Shown here: positions 9,951 to 18,912 of the stretch, piece after piece
How positions within the stretch are numbered: position 1 is the stretch's first letter
Layout: each line of letters begins with the position of its first letter
NCBI RefSeq assembly: GCF_000019605.1
Contig: NC_010482.1
Coordinates: 1,290,001-1,322,000 of the forward strand
Source of the DNA: Candidatus Korarchaeum cryptofilum OPF8
GTDB lineage: Archaea > Korarchaeota > Korarchaeia > Korarchaeales > Korarchaeaceae
Length of the DNA stretch: 32,000 nucleotides
Direction of reading: 5' to 3'
Position numbers and translations under genes: made by a program
Notes under the pieces: generated by a model
Seen by the model: the letters and a program-made list of their open reading frames with translations, nothing else
What the model was told of the DNA's origin: nothing
Databases searched by the model: none

Positions 9951-10972
9951 TGCTTAGGAATGCTAAGATAAAGTATCTCGTGGTTAGAACTCATGGCCTT
10001 TCCTCTCATTTGATAGATCCATCTGAACTTAGGTCTTGGATATTCATAGAGGACGATAGAGCTCTCTTCGATAAGATATCCCAGACGTCTTATGGCGGCT
10101 TCTTCGAGAAGCCGGAGGATCTATCGGATCCCGTTAAGATAGGAGAGGTCACTATGAGGGTCAACTTCATCAGAGCTAACAAGCTCATCTCTATAGCGAG
10201 AGCTTCCCCTCTGGAGAATATCCTCAGAGTCTACATGAGCAAGTACGACCTTGAGAACATCAGAAGGATCGTATTCTCACTGCTCTTCGGTAGGCTGGAG
10301 AGGGTAAGCTTGCTACCTCATCCTGGCTACTTGTACGATACCGCTAAGCTCTCGAAGGCGGAGAGGTTGGAAGATCTACTCGATCTCATTGAGGAAAGGA
10401 AGCTCTCATCCTTGATATCAAACTGGCTCTCTGGGGATAGGAATACGTCGGAGCTCGATCTCATACTGACTAAGGTTTACATAGACTCCCTAATCAAACC
10501 CCTCAAGAGGGGCACTCCCCTATATGAGATAATACGCTCCTACCTAGAGAACATGACCCTAGGCCTATTACTCAAGGCCAAGTACCTCGGGGTGAGCAAT
10601 GACCTCATAATCAGAGCGCTCTCCGGGGTCCCCTTCAAGAAGTTATTGGAGGCCGTTAGCCAGTCCGGGGATCTGTCGGACTTCTTAGATAAGCTTCTGA
10701 ATATAGCCCCATATAGGGAAGTATCCGTTGAGGTCAGGGACTCCTTGAGGGATGTCGGCGAACCATGGGTCATAGAGCACTCGGTACTCAAGAGGGCTTA
10801 TACGGAAGCGGTGAGGATCTCCATGATGAGTCCTATGAGCGAAGCCTACATATTATCTTACCTGATCTCATCGGAGTGGGAGTCCCAGAGCCTCAGGACC
10901 GTGCTCTTCGGTAGGATAAGTGGTGTTTCCAAGGATACGCTCTATCAACTCCTATCGCCAAGAGGTGAATAA
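9950..10972 (+). CDS. atpC: A-type ATP synthase subunit C (d-like)
   Basis: A 340-aa helical protein at the position and size expected for subunit C. The start overlaps the atpD stop (TAATG). Confidence 0.8.
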   Translation: MLRNAKIKYLVVRTHGLSSHLIDPSELRSWIFIEDDRALFDKISQTSYGGFFEKPEDLSDPVKIGEVTMRVNFIRANKLISIARASPLENILRVYMSKYDLENIRRIVFSLLFGRLERVSLLPHPGYLYDTAKLSKAERLEDLLDLIEERKLSSLISNWLSGDRNTSELDLILTKVYIDSLIKPLKRGTPLYEIIRSYLENMTLGLLLKAKYLGVSNDLIIRALSGVPFKKLLEAVSQSGDLSDFLDKLLNIAPYREVSVEVRDSLRDVGEPWVIEHSVLKRAYTEAVRISMMSPMSEAYILSYLISSEWESQSLRTVLFGRISGVSKDTLYQLLSPRGE

Positions 10973-11037
10973 TTTATCTATAAAATACTCCCCTCTTCCA
11001 TCTCTATCTTTTCTGTATTAAAATAAAAGGGGTTTGG
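10973..11037. terminator. Convergent intergenic T/A-rich region between atpC (+) and atpK (-)
   Basis: A 65-bp spacer with oligo-T tracts on both strands (ctatcttttctgtatt on + and ccccttttatttt on -). Archaeal termination commonly uses oligo-T. No strong hairpin seen. Confidence 0.35.
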
Positions 11038-11355
11038 TTATCCTCCCATTATCAGGAAGGCCACCAGAAGCCCATAAACCGCGACTCCCTCAGCCAGACC
11101 TCCTAATATCAGTACTTGAGTGAAAGCCTTGGGATTCTCAGCCAAGAGGGCGCTTCCTCCGACAGCCACACCGTGCAGAGCTATACCCGCTCCAATAGTA
11201 CTTCCCAAGATTGCTAGAGCCATGCCTACGAACTTTAAGCCGCTAATTTCTCCTGTAGTTGTCTGTTGAGCCGCTACTATAGAGAATGATAGCGGGAGCA
11301 ACAGCAGCGGGAGCCCAAGGACGAGATAAAGGGCCAGCTTCCTCCTCGAGGCCAT
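11038..11355 (-). CDS. atpK: A-type ATP synthase proteolipid subunit K (c subunit) with an N-terminal signal-like extension
   Basis: The C-terminal 70 aa form a canonical two-helix proteolipid (GAGIALHGVAVGG...LAEGVAVYGLLVAFLIM, with the carboxylate E). The ATG at 11355 is preceded by the perfect SD GGAGGTGATC. The ORF-track start at 11382 is further upstream and less likely. Confidence 0.9.
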   Translation of the reverse strand: MASRRKLALYLVLGLPLLLLPLSFSIVAAQQTTTGEISGLKFVGMALAILGSTIGAGIALHGVAVGGSALLAENPKAFTQVLILGGLAEGVAVYGLLVAFLIMGG

Positions 11356-11399
11356 GATGGGATCACCTCCCCCACGACCCAACTTAAAAATAAAATTTT

Positions 11400-13802
11400 T
11401 TATTCGAGGATGAGTGGCTCAATTAACTCCGAGGCCCTCCTGAATTCCCTACCTGAAGCCCTGTAGAACTTGGTGAAGAACTCATAGAACGTCAGCCTAG
11501 TCGCTTGTATGAATGAGAGGAGCCCTTCAAGTCCCATGACCAATATATTCATTAAGGAGAAACCTATGAGCGCCAGTGGGCTCAGGAGAGAGGCGAATTC
11601 ATTGACCATGATCGCCTCCTTCCCGAACATCAGCTGGACCGTGAGTATGCCGAAGACTTCATGAATAACTGCGAATGCAGCAAGCCTTATGTAAGAGAGT
11701 GAGTTGCTGAATAGCGCTAATACGCTCTCTAGAAGTGTTGATATCATCTCGGAGAGGCCCTCTCCTACCCCATGGCCCTCCCTTACGGATCTGATTACAG
11801 GCGCAACGCATGTTATCATGAGAGGTATCGACATCGCTTGGAATAAGGGGTCGCTTAGAGTCCCTCCTATGCTCGCATTATTCCTGATCGCTGCATAAAC
11901 AGCGCCAGCATACATTATGAAAGTCATGAGACCTCTATACTCTAGGAAGGCAGCGAAGAGGTCTCTCTCGAGCAGCTTATTTGCGGTGTTGATCAGGAAG
12001 CCTATGGACATCTGGAAGGCACCGAAGATGAGAGCTACAGCCATTAATCTCATTGTATCGTGCAGAGGGCTTAGGATAGGATGCTCAGTGATCGACATGA
12101 AGAAGAAAGCTCCATAAAGGTATCCGAAGATTGCTGCTGCGATCCCTGAATATAAGAGAATTCCACCTAGCTCCTTCATAGATCCGCTGGTCTTCTTCCA
12201 TAGGAATAGGCCGAATAGGGCGAGCGTTATCCCATGACCGAGATCCCCGAACATCATCCCGAACATCAAGGGGAAGAATATCGCGGTGAGAAAAGTCGGA
12301 TCCAGTTCTCTAACTGATGGAAGACCGTATAACTTGTGAGTGAGGAGTCTAATCGGCTTTATCACATTTGGAATCCTGATTCTTGAGGGAGCTTCCTCCC
12401 ATTCAGATTCCTCGAACTCGAGTGCTAAGAATTCTCCTAGTCTCTCCTCAAGCTTTCTCTCGAAGGATTCTTTCTTGGATTTGGGAACCCAGCCTGATAT
12501 CACACATATCTCCTCTCCCTCATACATGAGCATCCCGATCCTCTGCATCAGAGCCTTCTCCCTCAGGCTGAGCGCTATAGCAGCTAGCTCAGCTGAAATC
12601 TCAATTATTTTGCTCTTTAGATCTTTTTCCTTTTTCTTCAAGTCTTTTATGTAATTTTTGTCCACTAATTTGCTTAAATTTTCTACCTCTTCTTCAATTT
12701 TTCCTCTCTCAGCTATCAAGGGCTTCGCATTCTCTATTAGTTCGCTCACCCTCCTCTCAGCCTCACCGGCGACTACCACCTTTATCGAGAGGAGACCCTC
12801 CCTAATTGTTGAGAAATCTTTTCTAATATTTGAGAATTCATCTGAAATTTTTTCAATAAAACCCCTTATTTCAGAATCAATTGCATCAATTTCCTCCTCT
12901 AGTATGCTCATCTGTTGAGAGACCTTCGATATAACGGGCTCCCTCTCAGCGATTATAGGACTGAGCTCCGGAACCCTCTTCACGCTATCCCTCATCTTCT
13001 TCCACAGGGAATCTACTACTCTGAGCTCAGCCAACTTCTCCTTCTTAGAATTGCACTCTGCAATTTTATTTAAAATGTAATCCATTTTTCCCATTATTTC
13101 TTCAATTTTCTCAGATATTTTGGAAATTTCTGTTAAATTTTTTGCCTCACTTGAGAGCTCATTTATCCTAATCTTCGTTTCCTTCAGGGATTCCCTGATG
13201 TTCTTGATTATTTCATTGAGGTCCTCAAGCGATAGGGACTTATCGGAGGCCATCTTGAGGAGGGAAGATGACCTTAACAATCCCCTATCAATCTCTAGAA
13301 GGGCCCTTCCGAGCCTGAGTTTTGAGGGATCTTCCTCTAAGACTTCCAGAGCCGCGCTATAGTAGCTCAGGATCTTTCCCTCGATCTCGCTCAATTTTTC
13401 CTCAATTTCTTTCATTTTCTCCGATCTCTCTTTTAATAAATGCTTCGCTTTTTTCGAGAGTTCTATTTCTTTTTTAATCTTCAGGTATTCTCCCACTATG
13501 CCATCGAGTTCCGAGATCAGCGATTTACTATCATTTCCTCCCGTTGAGTTTCTCTCCGATGACTTCACTATAAGCGATAAGGGAATTCCCGAGAGTACAC
13601 TAGCTCTCTCTAATGCCCTAACGATCTCCTCATAAGTCTCAAGTTCCCTAGACTCGACATCTTGAGGAGGCTTCACACCGGGAAGCCCTTGGGGCGGTTC
13701 TAAGTGAACATCATCGAATTTCAGTAACTCAGAAGCCAGATCCTCCTTGTGCATCTTTGTCGTGTAAGCGTAGAACTTCAGGACCTCCTCGGGTTTCAGC
13801 AC
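11400..13802 (-). CDS. atpI: A-type ATP synthase subunit I (a subunit), long form
   Basis: The C-terminal ~300 aa are a polytopic domain with conserved LSYIRLAAFA (essential Arg) and MFGDLGHG. The proposed GTG start at 13802 gives the N-terminus (M)LKPEEVLKF, matching the MxxPExM N-terminus common in archaeal AtpI. The ORF-track ATG at 13853 would leave only 8 bp to the divergent wecB ATG. Confidence 0.88.
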   Translation of the reverse strand: MLKPEEVLKFYAYTTKMHKEDLASELLKFDDVHLEPPQGLPGVKPPQDVESRELETYEEIVRALERASVLSGIPLSLIVKSSERNSTGGNDSKSLISELDGIVGEYLKIKKEIELSKKAKHLLKERSEKMKEIEEKLSEIEGKILSYYSAALEVLEEDPSKLRLGRALLEIDRGLLRSSSLLKMASDKSLSLEDLNEIIKNIRESLKETKIRINELSSEAKNLTEISKISEKIEEIMGKMDYILNKIAECNSKKEKLAELRVVDSLWKKMRDSVKRVPELSPIIAEREPVISKVSQQMSILEEEIDAIDSEIRGFIEKISDEFSNIRKDFSTIREGLLSIKVVVAGEAERRVSELIENAKPLIAERGKIEEEVENLSKLVDKNYIKDLKKKEKDLKSKIIEISAELAAIALSLREKALMQRIGMLMYEGEEICVISGWVPKSKKESFERKLEERLGEFLALEFEESEWEEAPSRIRIPNVIKPIRLLTHKLYGLPSVRELDPTFLTAIFFPLMFGMMFGDLGHGITLALFGLFLWKKTSGSMKELGGILLYSGIAAAIFGYLYGAFFFMSITEHPILSPLHDTMRLMAVALIFGAFQMSIGFLINTANKLLERDLFAAFLEYRGLMTFIMYAGAVYAAIRNNASIGGTLSDPLFQAMSIPLMITCVAPVIRSVREGHGVGEGLSEMISTLLESVLALFSNSLSYIRLAAFAVIHEVFGILTVQLMFGKEAIMVNEFASLLSPLALIGFSLMNILVMGLEGLLSFIQATRLTFYEFFTKFYRASGREFRRASELIEPLILE

Positions 13803-13826
13803 ACTGTCACCCAAGGTCAGCGCATC

Positions 13827-13840
13827 TATATTTAATAAAA
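13827..13840. promoter_or_regulatory. Central TATA-like element (TATATTTAATAAAA) between divergent atpI and wecB
   Basis: It is the only A/T block in the region. Its centre (~13833) is about 31 nt from the atpI GTG at 13802 and about 29 nt from the wecB ATG at 13862. This fits leaderless or near-leaderless transcripts in both directions. Confidence 0.45.
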
Positions 13841-13861
13841 GATTTTTTCCCATGTGGATAG

Positions 13862-15223
13862 ATGAGGCTGATCATCTCAGTAGGGACCAGGCCCGAGATA
13901 ATCAAGATGGCGCCCCTCTATGAAGCCCTGAGTAAGCTGAATGAGATAGAACTTCTCTTAGTTCATACTGGGCAGCATTACGACTGGGAAATGAGCGGCA
14001 TTTTCTTCAAGGAGCTGGGAGTTGAGGAACCGGATATCAACCTCAACATAGGATCGGACGATCAGGTATCTCAAACATCCGCAGTCATGAAAGAAATTGG
14101 AAAGATAATTGAGAGTTATGAGCCTGATGGAGTAATAGCAGTAGGGGATACTAACTCCGTTTTGGGAACCGCGATAGCAGCATCTAAGATGGAGGTTCCC
14201 TTCATTCATGTGGAATCGGGTCTGAGGAGCTACGATTTCTCGATGCCTGAGGAGATAAACAGGAGGATCTCTGATCATTTGGCTTCATTAAATTTTGCAC
14301 CAACATCCAGAGCTTTCTCAAATTTGATGGAAGAAGGCATATCCCCTAAGACAACTTTCTTGAGTGGGAATACGATAGTGGATTCCGTTATTAAGGTCCT
14401 GAGGAAGGTTTCCGCTAAGAGGACTTTAGAAAAGTTCGACCTTGACGGAGCTCAGCCCCTAGTAACCTTGACACTCCACAGGAAGGAGAATACCGAGTAT
14501 GAGCATAAGCTCATAGGGGTATTGAAGGCTCTGGAGGAGCTAGATGATATCACCTTCGTCTGGCCAATTCACCCCAGGACTCAGAAGGCACTTAAGACAT
14601 TCGACCTATGGAATAAGCTGAAGTCCCTGAAGAATGTCAGGATACTGGAGCCTCTCGGCTATCTGGATTTCTTAGGGCTTCTTATTTCCTCAGATCTCGT
14701 AATGACTGATTCTGGGGGCGTCCAGGAGGAGGCCGCTACCCTCAAGAGGCCCTGTATAATCTTGAGAGAGAACACGGAGAGGCCTGAGATAATAGAGATG
14801 GGTTTCGGGGAGATAGCCGGCACGAATCCGACGGCTATAATATCCCTGGTTAGAAAGTACCTTTACCAAGCGAACCTGATTGAGAGGCTTAAGAGAACAC
14901 CTAATCCATTCGGGGATGGGAGCTCATCGAAGATCATAGCTTCTGTCATACAGAGGATATGGGATCTCAAATCCCTGAGAAGGCCGCCGACCTTCAAAGG
15001 AGGGTCCCCCCACTATCTAGCCTTCCGCGTAGATGAATCGATGAGGGGCTATACTGTAGCATCCTTCAGGGAGGCTTGCGGCTACGACGTCGTGAGCATC
15101 TATGATGCGAGCGGTAGGGCTATACATTTCGATGAAGGAACCCCTCTAATTCCCAACTACATAGTTAGGGTGAGAGGGGATCCCGTGAACTACGGAAGAT
15201 TTAAGAAATTGGTGAAGATCTGA
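13862..15223 (+). CDS. wecB: UDP-N-acetylglucosamine 2-epimerase (non-hydrolysing) with an ~85-aa C-terminal TrkA-C-like extension
   Basis: The N-terminal ~365 aa match the WecB/MnaA pattern (VGTRPEIIKMAPL, HVESGLRS, TDSGGVQEEA, NPFGDG). Residues 369-453 lie beyond the normal family end. Confidence 0.9.
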   Translation: MRLIISVGTRPEIIKMAPLYEALSKLNEIELLLVHTGQHYDWEMSGIFFKELGVEEPDINLNIGSDDQVSQTSAVMKEIGKIIESYEPDGVIAVGDTNSVLGTAIAASKMEVPFIHVESGLRSYDFSMPEEINRRISDHLASLNFAPTSRAFSNLMEEGISPKTTFLSGNTIVDSVIKVLRKVSAKRTLEKFDLDGAQPLVTLTLHRKENTEYEHKLIGVLKALEELDDITFVWPIHPRTQKALKTFDLWNKLKSLKNVRILEPLGYLDFLGLLISSDLVMTDSGGVQEEAATLKRPCIILRENTERPEIIEMGFGEIAGTNPTAIISLVRKYLYQANLIERLKRTPNPFGDGSSSKIIASVIQRIWDLKSLRRPPTFKGGSPHYLAFRVDESMRGYTVASFREACGYDVVSIYDASGRAIHFDEGTPLIPNYIVRVRGDPVNYGRFKKLVKI

Positions 15224-15269
15224 CTAATTCTCACTTCGCATTCCACCATTTTTATTTACTACTACATGA

Positions 15270-15899
15270 ATGCACATGCCACTTGAGGTCTTCCTCTCTC
15301 TGGATCTGATTCACCTAGAGGAAGCGCTTGATATCGCTGAGAAGGCTAGATCAGCGGGTTTCAGGTGTTTTGAAGCGGGAACCCCGTTAATAAAGTCTGA
15401 GGGTATGAGATCCGTTAAGCTCCTCAGAGGGAGATTCCCAGAGGCGATTATATTCGCTGATACTAAAACCATGGATACGGGATATCTTGAAGCCACGCTG
15501 GCATTCTCATCGGGAGCCGATATAATGAGCGTAATGGCCGTAGCTCCCGATGAGACGATAAGGGAGGCAGTTAGAAGGGCTAGAGAAGATGGAAAGGAGG
15601 TTATCGCTGATACTCTAGGTATCAGGGATCCCGAGACTAGGATCGGGAGGCTCATCGAACTCGATGTAGATAGGATATGCTTACATAAGGGTGTGGATGA
15701 AGGTATATTCTCTGAATTCGATATCTTGGAGAAGATAAGGGGACATGGAATAAAAATAGGGATCGCTGGTGGAATAGATGCCACTACTATAAGGGATGTG
15801 GCTAAGAAAGTAGATTTTGTGATGGTTGGAAGGGCAGTAACGAAAGCCAGCGATCCTAGGAGAGCTGCTGAAGAGATATTATCTGCTATTAAAGTTTAG
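15270..15899 (+). CDS. hxlA: 3-hexulose-6-phosphate synthase (OMP-decarboxylase-fold HPS/KGPDC family)
   Basis: About 209 aa. Has LSLDLIHLEEALDIAEK...FEAGTPLIKSEGMRSVKLL...ADTKTMDTG, the HPS signature. Start is 15270 or the ATG at 15276, with the TATA-like ATTTTTATTTAC at ~15247-15258. Confidence 0.8.
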   Translation: MHMPLEVFLSLDLIHLEEALDIAEKARSAGFRCFEAGTPLIKSEGMRSVKLLRGRFPEAIIFADTKTMDTGYLEATLAFSSGADIMSVMAVAPDETIREAVRRAREDGKEVIADTLGIRDPETRIGRLIELDVDRICLHKGVDEGIFSEFDILEKIRGHGIKIGIAGGIDATTIRDVAKKVDFVMVGRAVTKASDPRRAAEEILSAIKV

Positions 15900-18765
15900 A
15901 TCTCTTTTTCTTCCCCATCATCCTCCTCTTAACAGCCTCAGTTTCGATCCTCGCTAAAGCCTCAAAGAAACGCTCATTCACTTCATCAACTTCAGATAGG
16001 AGTCTCTCTATGTCTATGGGATCCACTGCCCTCGCAGCCATCGCAACTATAGCTGGCAATCCATATCTCTCACTTAGCAGTCCGAACTCATAACATCTAT
16101 CTGCAAGCTCCCAGTTACCGACAGATGGCTTCCCTTTCTGCCTCGATTCCTCTACATATCTCTTAGCTTCCGATACTAGGTAACCGGTGACAGCGGCTAT
16201 CCTCCTGCTGCCGCAGTTAGGGCATACTGGTGCTCCGATTTCCATCAAGCTATTAACATCGGAATCCATGAACCAGCTCCAGCAATCGGAGCATACTAAG
16301 GTCACTTGCTGAGAGAGTATCCTGTTCTTGAAATTCTCTAGCAACCTTCTAGAGAGCTCCGCGGGTGGTATGACTTCTAGAGGTAGACCGGATCTATCGA
16401 GCCCCAATAATGCGAGGGGGCTAGGTCCCTCCTTCTCCGATCTAACTACCTCTATTTCCTCCCTCTCAATACATCTGAGCAGCTCCATCGCACCCTCTAT
16501 ATCGAAGTCCTTTATCAGAGTCTCCCGAAGGGCTTCCTCGTAAGGAGGTGTACCCTCATAGGCCCTCGCCAGCTTATTGAGGCTTATGATCTTAGAGCTA
16601 GCGTAATCCTTTATCAATCCCATCCTCTTCAAAGTGTGTAAAAGCCTCAACCTGAAGAAGGAGCTATTCTCAATAGCTTCCAGGAAGAACTCCTCACCCT
16701 CACCTACAAGAGATTTCATCACATTAACGATAGGTTCCGATGAGACCCCCAGAACCAGTATCCTATAGGGGTCCTCGGATACCCTGACCAGAAGCTTAAA
16801 ACGCTTCAACATAGCTTGAGCTATCGCTCTACCCAGTGTCCTGTTCACCAAGTTGCCGTAAGTCGAGTGGATCACGACGCCTCCTCTCACATCCTCCACA
16901 ACGATACGCTTATCTGTGGGTAACGGGAATCCGCCCTCTATATGCTCCAATATCGGAGAGAGAGCTCTCCTTATATCTTCCTCTGTGGAAAATCCATATT
17001 CTTTTGCGATTTCATGTGAGAGAGAATCCAATTTTCCCCTCCTATATGCCTCCTCAACCCTACCCCTCAGCCTCCCCACTTCGGAGGCGACTTCCATCGA
17101 TACAGGTAACTGCTCGCCTATCCAGCTCGGGATAGCTCCTATTGGATCGAATACCTGCTCTACATATATAGTTCCTCCCTCTATCCTCTTCATCCTCCAC
17201 ACAGATCCTCTGAAAACGAATTTAGCTCCAGGGAAGAGATATTCGAGGACGAAAGCTTCATCTAACTTTCCAATGTAGAACCCGGTAATTTCGTCAACGA
17301 CACTATATCCTACGGTCTCGGGTATGGTTGAGACGTTGTTGAAGAAGTAATCGAAGGCCAGTTCACTTGCCCTCCTCACGGAATCCATATTCTCATCGTA
17401 CCATACGACCCTAGGCCAGGCCCTAGACATGAAGGAGAGGAGCTTCCTGCAATCCTCAGCACTCAGATCTCTGTAAGGGTAGCATCCATTAGCTACCTTG
17501 ACTATATCATTGACGCTAAGCTCCCTCTCCCTCAGGAGCATCCCGACGATCGTATGATAGAGGACGTCATATGACTTCTCGAGGGGCCTTATCTCCTCTA
17601 ATTTCCCCTCTAAAGCGTTCTTCGATAAGACGAGAGATTCCAAGAAATCATCGGAATCTTGAGCGACTATGAGGCCCCTAGCTACCCCTCTAGGGCCATG
17701 ACCGGATCTCCCTACCCTCTGAAGCAGCTTTAACGCTTGCCTCGGCGATCCATATTGGAGGACCATATCTATATGACCTACATCTATCCCCAGCTCCATC
17801 GAGCTAGTGCTTATCACAGCCGATAGTTCACCCATCTTCAGAAGGCTCTCGCTCTCAACTCTGGCTTCCCTAGATAGGGAGCTATGATGGACGTGGATCT
17901 TAAGTTCACTGAATATCTTGCTCATCCTATAGCCCAGAGCTTCAGCCATCGACCTCGTATTAGTGAAAACTATTGCGGATCTAGAGGACCTTATCGCATC
18001 AGCCAGCACCCTGACTCTAGCTATTGCATCAGGCTCGAGTAAGAGTTTTGATGAGAGTCTGAGGTCTTCTTCAGCAACTTTTGGGAAAATAACCTTTATT
18101 ATCATTTTCCTTTCCTCTCCTGAGGTCACTACCTCGCCCTTCTTCGAGTAAGAGAAGAAGCTAAGGGCTAGATGAGGATTGCCTAAGGATGCCGAGAGCA
18201 TAACCCTTTGGAAATCCCTCCTCGTTATCCTCTTGAGTCTTTCCAGAGCTATTGAAAGCTGGACACCCCTCTTATCATCGAGGAGTTCATGAACTTCATC
18301 TATAACTACGTACTTCACTCTCGAGAGATGAAGGGAGAGCTTAGGTGATGAGAGCATTATCTGAAGGGTCTCCGGGGTAGTTATGATTATCTCAGGCGGA
18401 GATTCGGATTGCCTCTGCCTCTCGGATTTTAGAGTATCCCCATGCCTGACTCCCACATTTAGCCCGCATTTAGATGCCCAGAAAATTATCCTATCCTCCA
18501 GATCCCTGTTCAGAGCCCTCAAGGGAGTTATATATAATAGGAGAAATCCCATTTTCTCATTTTCAGCTAAAATTTTCGAGATTATTGGCCATATTGCTGC
18601 CTCTGTCTTTCCTGAGCCAGTAGGTGCGATTAGGAGGACGTTATCCCCTCTCATAACATACGGAATTCCCTTCCTCTGTATTTCGGTTAGCTCCGTTATT
18701 CCCTTATCTCTTATAGCTGAAATCAAGCATTTCGGAAATAATTTAAAAATATCCTCCGAGTTCAT
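15889..18765 (-). CDS. lhr: Lhr-family (Lhr-core type) ATP-dependent DEAD/DEAH-box helicase
   Basis: 958 aa. Has Walker A APTGSGKTEAA, DEVH box (VIDEVHELLDDKRG), motif VI QRVGRSGH and a long Lhr-type C-terminal region with a zinc ribbon (CSDC...CPNCGS). The 3' end overlaps the hps stop by 11 nt. Confidence 0.9.
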   Translation of the reverse strand: MNSEDIFKLFPKCLISAIRDKGITELTEIQRKGIPYVMRGDNVLLIAPTGSGKTEAAIWPIISKILAENEKMGFLLLYITPLRALNRDLEDRIIFWASKCGLNVGVRHGDTLKSERQRQSESPPEIIITTPETLQIMLSSPKLSLHLSRVKYVVIDEVHELLDDKRGVQLSIALERLKRITRRDFQRVMLSASLGNPHLALSFFSYSKKGEVVTSGEERKMIIKVIFPKVAEEDLRLSSKLLLEPDAIARVRVLADAIRSSRSAIVFTNTRSMAEALGYRMSKIFSELKIHVHHSSLSREARVESESLLKMGELSAVISTSSMELGIDVGHIDMVLQYGSPRQALKLLQRVGRSGHGPRGVARGLIVAQDSDDFLESLVLSKNALEGKLEEIRPLEKSYDVLYHTIVGMLLRERELSVNDIVKVANGCYPYRDLSAEDCRKLLSFMSRAWPRVVWYDENMDSVRRASELAFDYFFNNVSTIPETVGYSVVDEITGFYIGKLDEAFVLEYLFPGAKFVFRGSVWRMKRIEGGTIYVEQVFDPIGAIPSWIGEQLPVSMEVASEVGRLRGRVEEAYRRGKLDSLSHEIAKEYGFSTEEDIRRALSPILEHIEGGFPLPTDKRIVVEDVRGGVVIHSTYGNLVNRTLGRAIAQAMLKRFKLLVRVSEDPYRILVLGVSSEPIVNVMKSLVGEGEEFFLEAIENSSFFRLRLLHTLKRMGLIKDYASSKIISLNKLARAYEGTPPYEEALRETLIKDFDIEGAMELLRCIEREEIEVVRSEKEGPSPLALLGLDRSGLPLEVIPPAELSRRLLENFKNRILSQQVTLVCSDCWSWFMDSDVNSLMEIGAPVCPNCGSRRIAAVTGYLVSEAKRYVEESRQKGKPSVGNWELADRCYEFGLLSERYGLPAIVAMAARAVDPIDIERLLSEVDEVNERFFEALARIETEAVKRRMMGKKKRSKL

Positions 18766-18912
18766 CCACTCAATTCACCATTCTCCTCTCTCATCTTGGG
18801 TCCTTCGCTATTGTTGATACGCCCCCCAGCTAGATAATCTTTTTTAACCCGTAGGGTAGCGATACTCGGTACATCAACAAGTGTTCTATGATCTAAAGTG
18901 GGGTGATCTGCG

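Noticed and set aside
10973-11037. Small RNA or hairpin terminator in the atpC/atpK convergent spacer
   Set aside because: Only a 5-bp complement (CCCCT/AGGGG) is present. There are no C/D or H/ACA box motifs. It is best explained as oligo-T termination sequence for both units.
11704-13362. Several 64-104-aa + strand ORFs inside atpI, and similar antisense ORFs inside porB (345-891), mtaD (2773-3912), hps (15311-15784), lhr (16328-18817), lysK (21642-22729) and the ATPase gene (27122-27529)
   Set aside because: All lie within longer ORFs with clear family signatures on the other strand or frame. They have low-complexity S/L/P-rich composition typical of shadow ORFs.
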